64,000 bases of DNA from Candidatus Saccharimonadales bacterium (GTDB lineage: Bacteria > Patescibacteriota > Saccharimonadia > Saccharimonadales > UBA10212): NCBI GenBank assembly GCA_038245195.1, contig JBBRSU010000001.1:128121-192120 (forward strand), given 5' to 3'. The notes beneath the pieces were generated by a model. It saw only the letters and a program-made list of their open reading frames with translations, was not told the origin of the DNA and made no database searches. Position numbers and translations under genes: made by a program. Position 1 is the stretch's first letter. Every line of letters begins with the position of its first letter. Below are positions 62,263 through 64,000 of this stretch, one piece after another.

Positions 62263-63346
62263 GCGGGATTATTACGAAGTATTAGGGGTAAGCAAAAGTG
62301 CCAGTGCTGACGAGCTTAAAAAAGCTTATCGGCGCAAAGCCGTGGATTCGCACCCCGACAGGGGCGGTGACGAAGCCAAATTCAAAGAAGTTAACGAAGC
62401 CTACGAAGTTCTAAAAGACACCAGTAAACGCCAGCGTTATGACCAATTTGGGCACGCTGGAGTTGGTAGTAGTGCGGCCAGCGACGGCAATCCGTTTGGT
62501 GGCTATGGTAGCAGTGCTCAAGACTTTAGCTTCGATTTCGGCGATTTAGGACTAGGTGATATCTTTGGTAGTTTCTTTGGCAATGAAATGGGCGGTGGCC
62601 GACGCGGCCAAAAAAGCCGTGGTCAAGACGTAGAGACCAATGTTGAAATTTCTTTTGAACAAGCCGTCTTTGGCACCGAAATCGATTTAAGCCTAACCAT
62701 GCAGGATGTTTGCAGCCATTGCTCGGGCACAACCGTCGAGCCTGGTTATGATATGAAAACTTGCGATAACTGCAAAGGTAGTGGCCAAATTACTAATGTA
62801 ATGCGAACGGTTTTTGGAAATATTCAGCAGGCCGCACCGTGCCCCAAATGTCAAGCTAGTGGCCGTATACCGGAAAAAGTCTGCTCGGTCTGCAACGGAA
62901 AGGGTACAGAGCGACGCAACCAAAAAGTTGGCTTAAAAATTCCGGCCGGTGTCGATGATGGAGCCACGATTCGTTTGCGCGAGCATGGCGAAGCCATTGC
63001 TCACGGCCCCAAGGGTGATTTATATGTAAATATTCGGGTCAAATCACACAAAAAATTCACTCGTGAAGGCGATTTAATTCTGTCCAGTGAGCACATCAGT
63101 ATGGTTGATGCCGCTTTGGGCACCGAAATCGAAATTAATACAGTCGATGGCCCAGTGCGCATGAAAGTCCCGGCCGGCACCCAAAGCGGCACCGACTTTA
63201 AGCTATCTGGCCACGGGGTTACTCACCTAAATAAAAACAGCCGCGGCGCCCATATTGTAACTGTCGCAGTTGACACTCCCAGTAGGCTAAATCGCTCCCA
63301 AAGAAGCATCCTAGAATCCTTCAAAGATACTCAACCCAACAGCTAG
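62255..63346 (+). CDS. dnaJ: molecular chaperone DnaJ (Hsp40, type I)
   Basis: It has a J domain (DYYEVLGV...HPDRGGD), a G/F region and four CxxCxGxG zinc-finger repeats ([31 protein letters not shown]). Confidence 0.95.
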   Translation: MAKRDYYEVLGVSKSASADELKKAYRRKAVDSHPDRGGDEAKFKEVNEAYEVLKDTSKRQRYDQFGHAGVGSSAASDGNPFGGYGSSAQDFSFDFGDLGLGDIFGSFFGNEMGGGRRGQKSRGQDVETNVEISFEQAVFGTEIDLSLTMQDVCSHCSGTTVEPGYDMKTCDNCKGSGQITNVMRTVFGNIQQAAPCPKCQASGRIPEKVCSVCNGKGTERRNQKVGLKIPAGVDDGATIRLREHGEAIAHGPKGDLYVNIRVKSHKKFTREGDLILSSEHISMVDAALGTEIEINTVDGPVRMKVPAGTQSGTDFKLSGHGVTHLNKNSRGAHIVTVAVDTPSRLNRSQRSILESFKDTQPNS

Positions 63347-63960
63347 TCTTCAAAGCTCTGCTTGAACATCACAATTGTAAAATCTTTTCTAAGGTATTGG
63401 GTTTTTAATATCACACGCGGGCACATACTTTTACAAAATTCGAAAATTTCTTGGGCATCGGCATAAGCAATCAATGAATCGTGACGCAGAGGTTTTAGCC
63501 CCCCGGCCATATTGAAAGCCAGAACTTCCCCGGTTTGTTCATAAAGGGCACTAATCATCTTTTTACGTTCGTCTAGCCAACCTTCAACGTTGCCATTCAT
63601 CACGCCGGAGCTTAGCACCACATCAAACATTCCCAAGGACTTTTTAAAAGGGTCGTAGATCTTAAAATTATGGCCCTCGTATCTTTGCTTGGCGATTTTT
63701 ATAAAATCTGGGCTTTTATCAACTCCCAAATATGTAAAATTGGTGGCTTTTGCATATAGATAGGGTAGTAAATCACCCATACCACAGCCGGCATCTAAAA
63801 TACTCTTACCTTCAACCGGCACATCTTTAACCAGCTCTCGAAATCGCAAGGCCATTGAGCGATAATCCCACCACAGCAATCCCTTCGGACCCGGTCCATA
63901 TTGCTTTAAGCTGTGAGTATAATCTTCACTCGAGGGATACGGATTAAAAATGCTCATCAA
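63343..63960 (-). CDS. class I SAM-dependent methyltransferase
   Basis: [16 protein letters not shown] (motif I) and [11 protein letters not shown] (motif II/III) identify it. It is convergent with dnaJ and overlaps it by 4 nt. Confidence 0.7.
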   Translation of the reverse strand: MMSIFNPYPSSEDYTHSLKQYGPGPKGLLWWDYRSMALRFRELVKDVPVEGKSILDAGCGMGDLLPYLYAKATNFTYLGVDKSPDFIKIAKQRYEGHNFKIYDPFKKSLGMFDVVLSSGVMNGNVEGWLDERKKMISALYEQTGEVLAFNMAGGLKPLRHDSLIAYADAQEIFEFCKSMCPRVILKTQYLRKDFTIVMFKQSFED

Positions 63961-64000
63961 CCTATTTTAACCCGTTATCACACTAATTTTCTGCTCAGCC

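Noticed and set aside
1-64000. Alternative genetic code (UGA recoding, as in some candidate phyla)
   Set aside because: Conserved genes (dnaK, lepA, aspS, dnaJ, galU) are full length and end cleanly under the standard code. Several genes terminate at TGA, for example 541-543 and 38575-38577.

Overview
This is a 64-kb chromosomal window with densely packed genes on both strands, read in the standard genetic code. The backbone leans AT: 60-nt lines I counted by hand give about 45% GC (for example 27/60 at 23101-23160). Several sharply bounded patches reach about 57-63% GC.

I found no rRNA, CRISPR array, transposase or integrase, and only one intact tRNA, tRNA-Asn(GTT). The gene content looks like a small-genome, monoderm-type bacterium, plausibly a Patescibacteria/CPR (Saccharibacteria-like) epibiont. 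That placement is an inference from the short AspRS without a GAD insert, the short HrcA, the many small orphan ORFs, the lipid-handling genes and the absence of lipid synthesis genes. It is not a database result.

Layout:
- 1-17.7 kb: a surface-glycan cluster. It holds GT11 fucosyltransferase, GT4 x2, three methyltransferases (one frameshifted), a Wzm/Wzt-type ABC exporter, fcl, galU, a GDP-mannose pathway, a WbaP-like priming transferase, an O-antigen-ligase-like protein and GtrA. A large secreted lectin-domain protein is embedded in it.
- 17.7-25.3 kb: accessory genes, including a GC-rich two-gene module.
- 25.4-27.7 kb: a small islet bounded by tRNA-Asn and a direct repeat of the tRNA 3' end.
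- 27.7-50 kb: transporters (CPA2, NRAMP, TSUP, MMPL), aspS, a GC-rich fatty-acid desaturase flanked by inverted repeats, tsaC, alkA-like and Mur ligase genes.
- 51-64 kb: an ABC-2 exporter, murJ, lepA, two tandem guanylate-kinase paralogs, and a CIRCE-controlled hrcA-grpE-dnaK-dnaJ operon with four extra small ORFs interleaved by overlapping start/stop codons.

The most unusual signals are:
- a conserved 22-28 bp palindrome family (AAATACTTAAC-TT-GTTAAGTATTT) sitting on gene 3' ends;
- the tRNA-Asn islet, with GC-rich GNAT-GNAT-ASCH cargo and an array of four copies of a 10-12 bp motif;
- at least four GC-rich, apparently foreign patches;
- a lysozyme-like / Ig-like repeat / triple B-lectin secreted protein;
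- the expanded chaperone operon.
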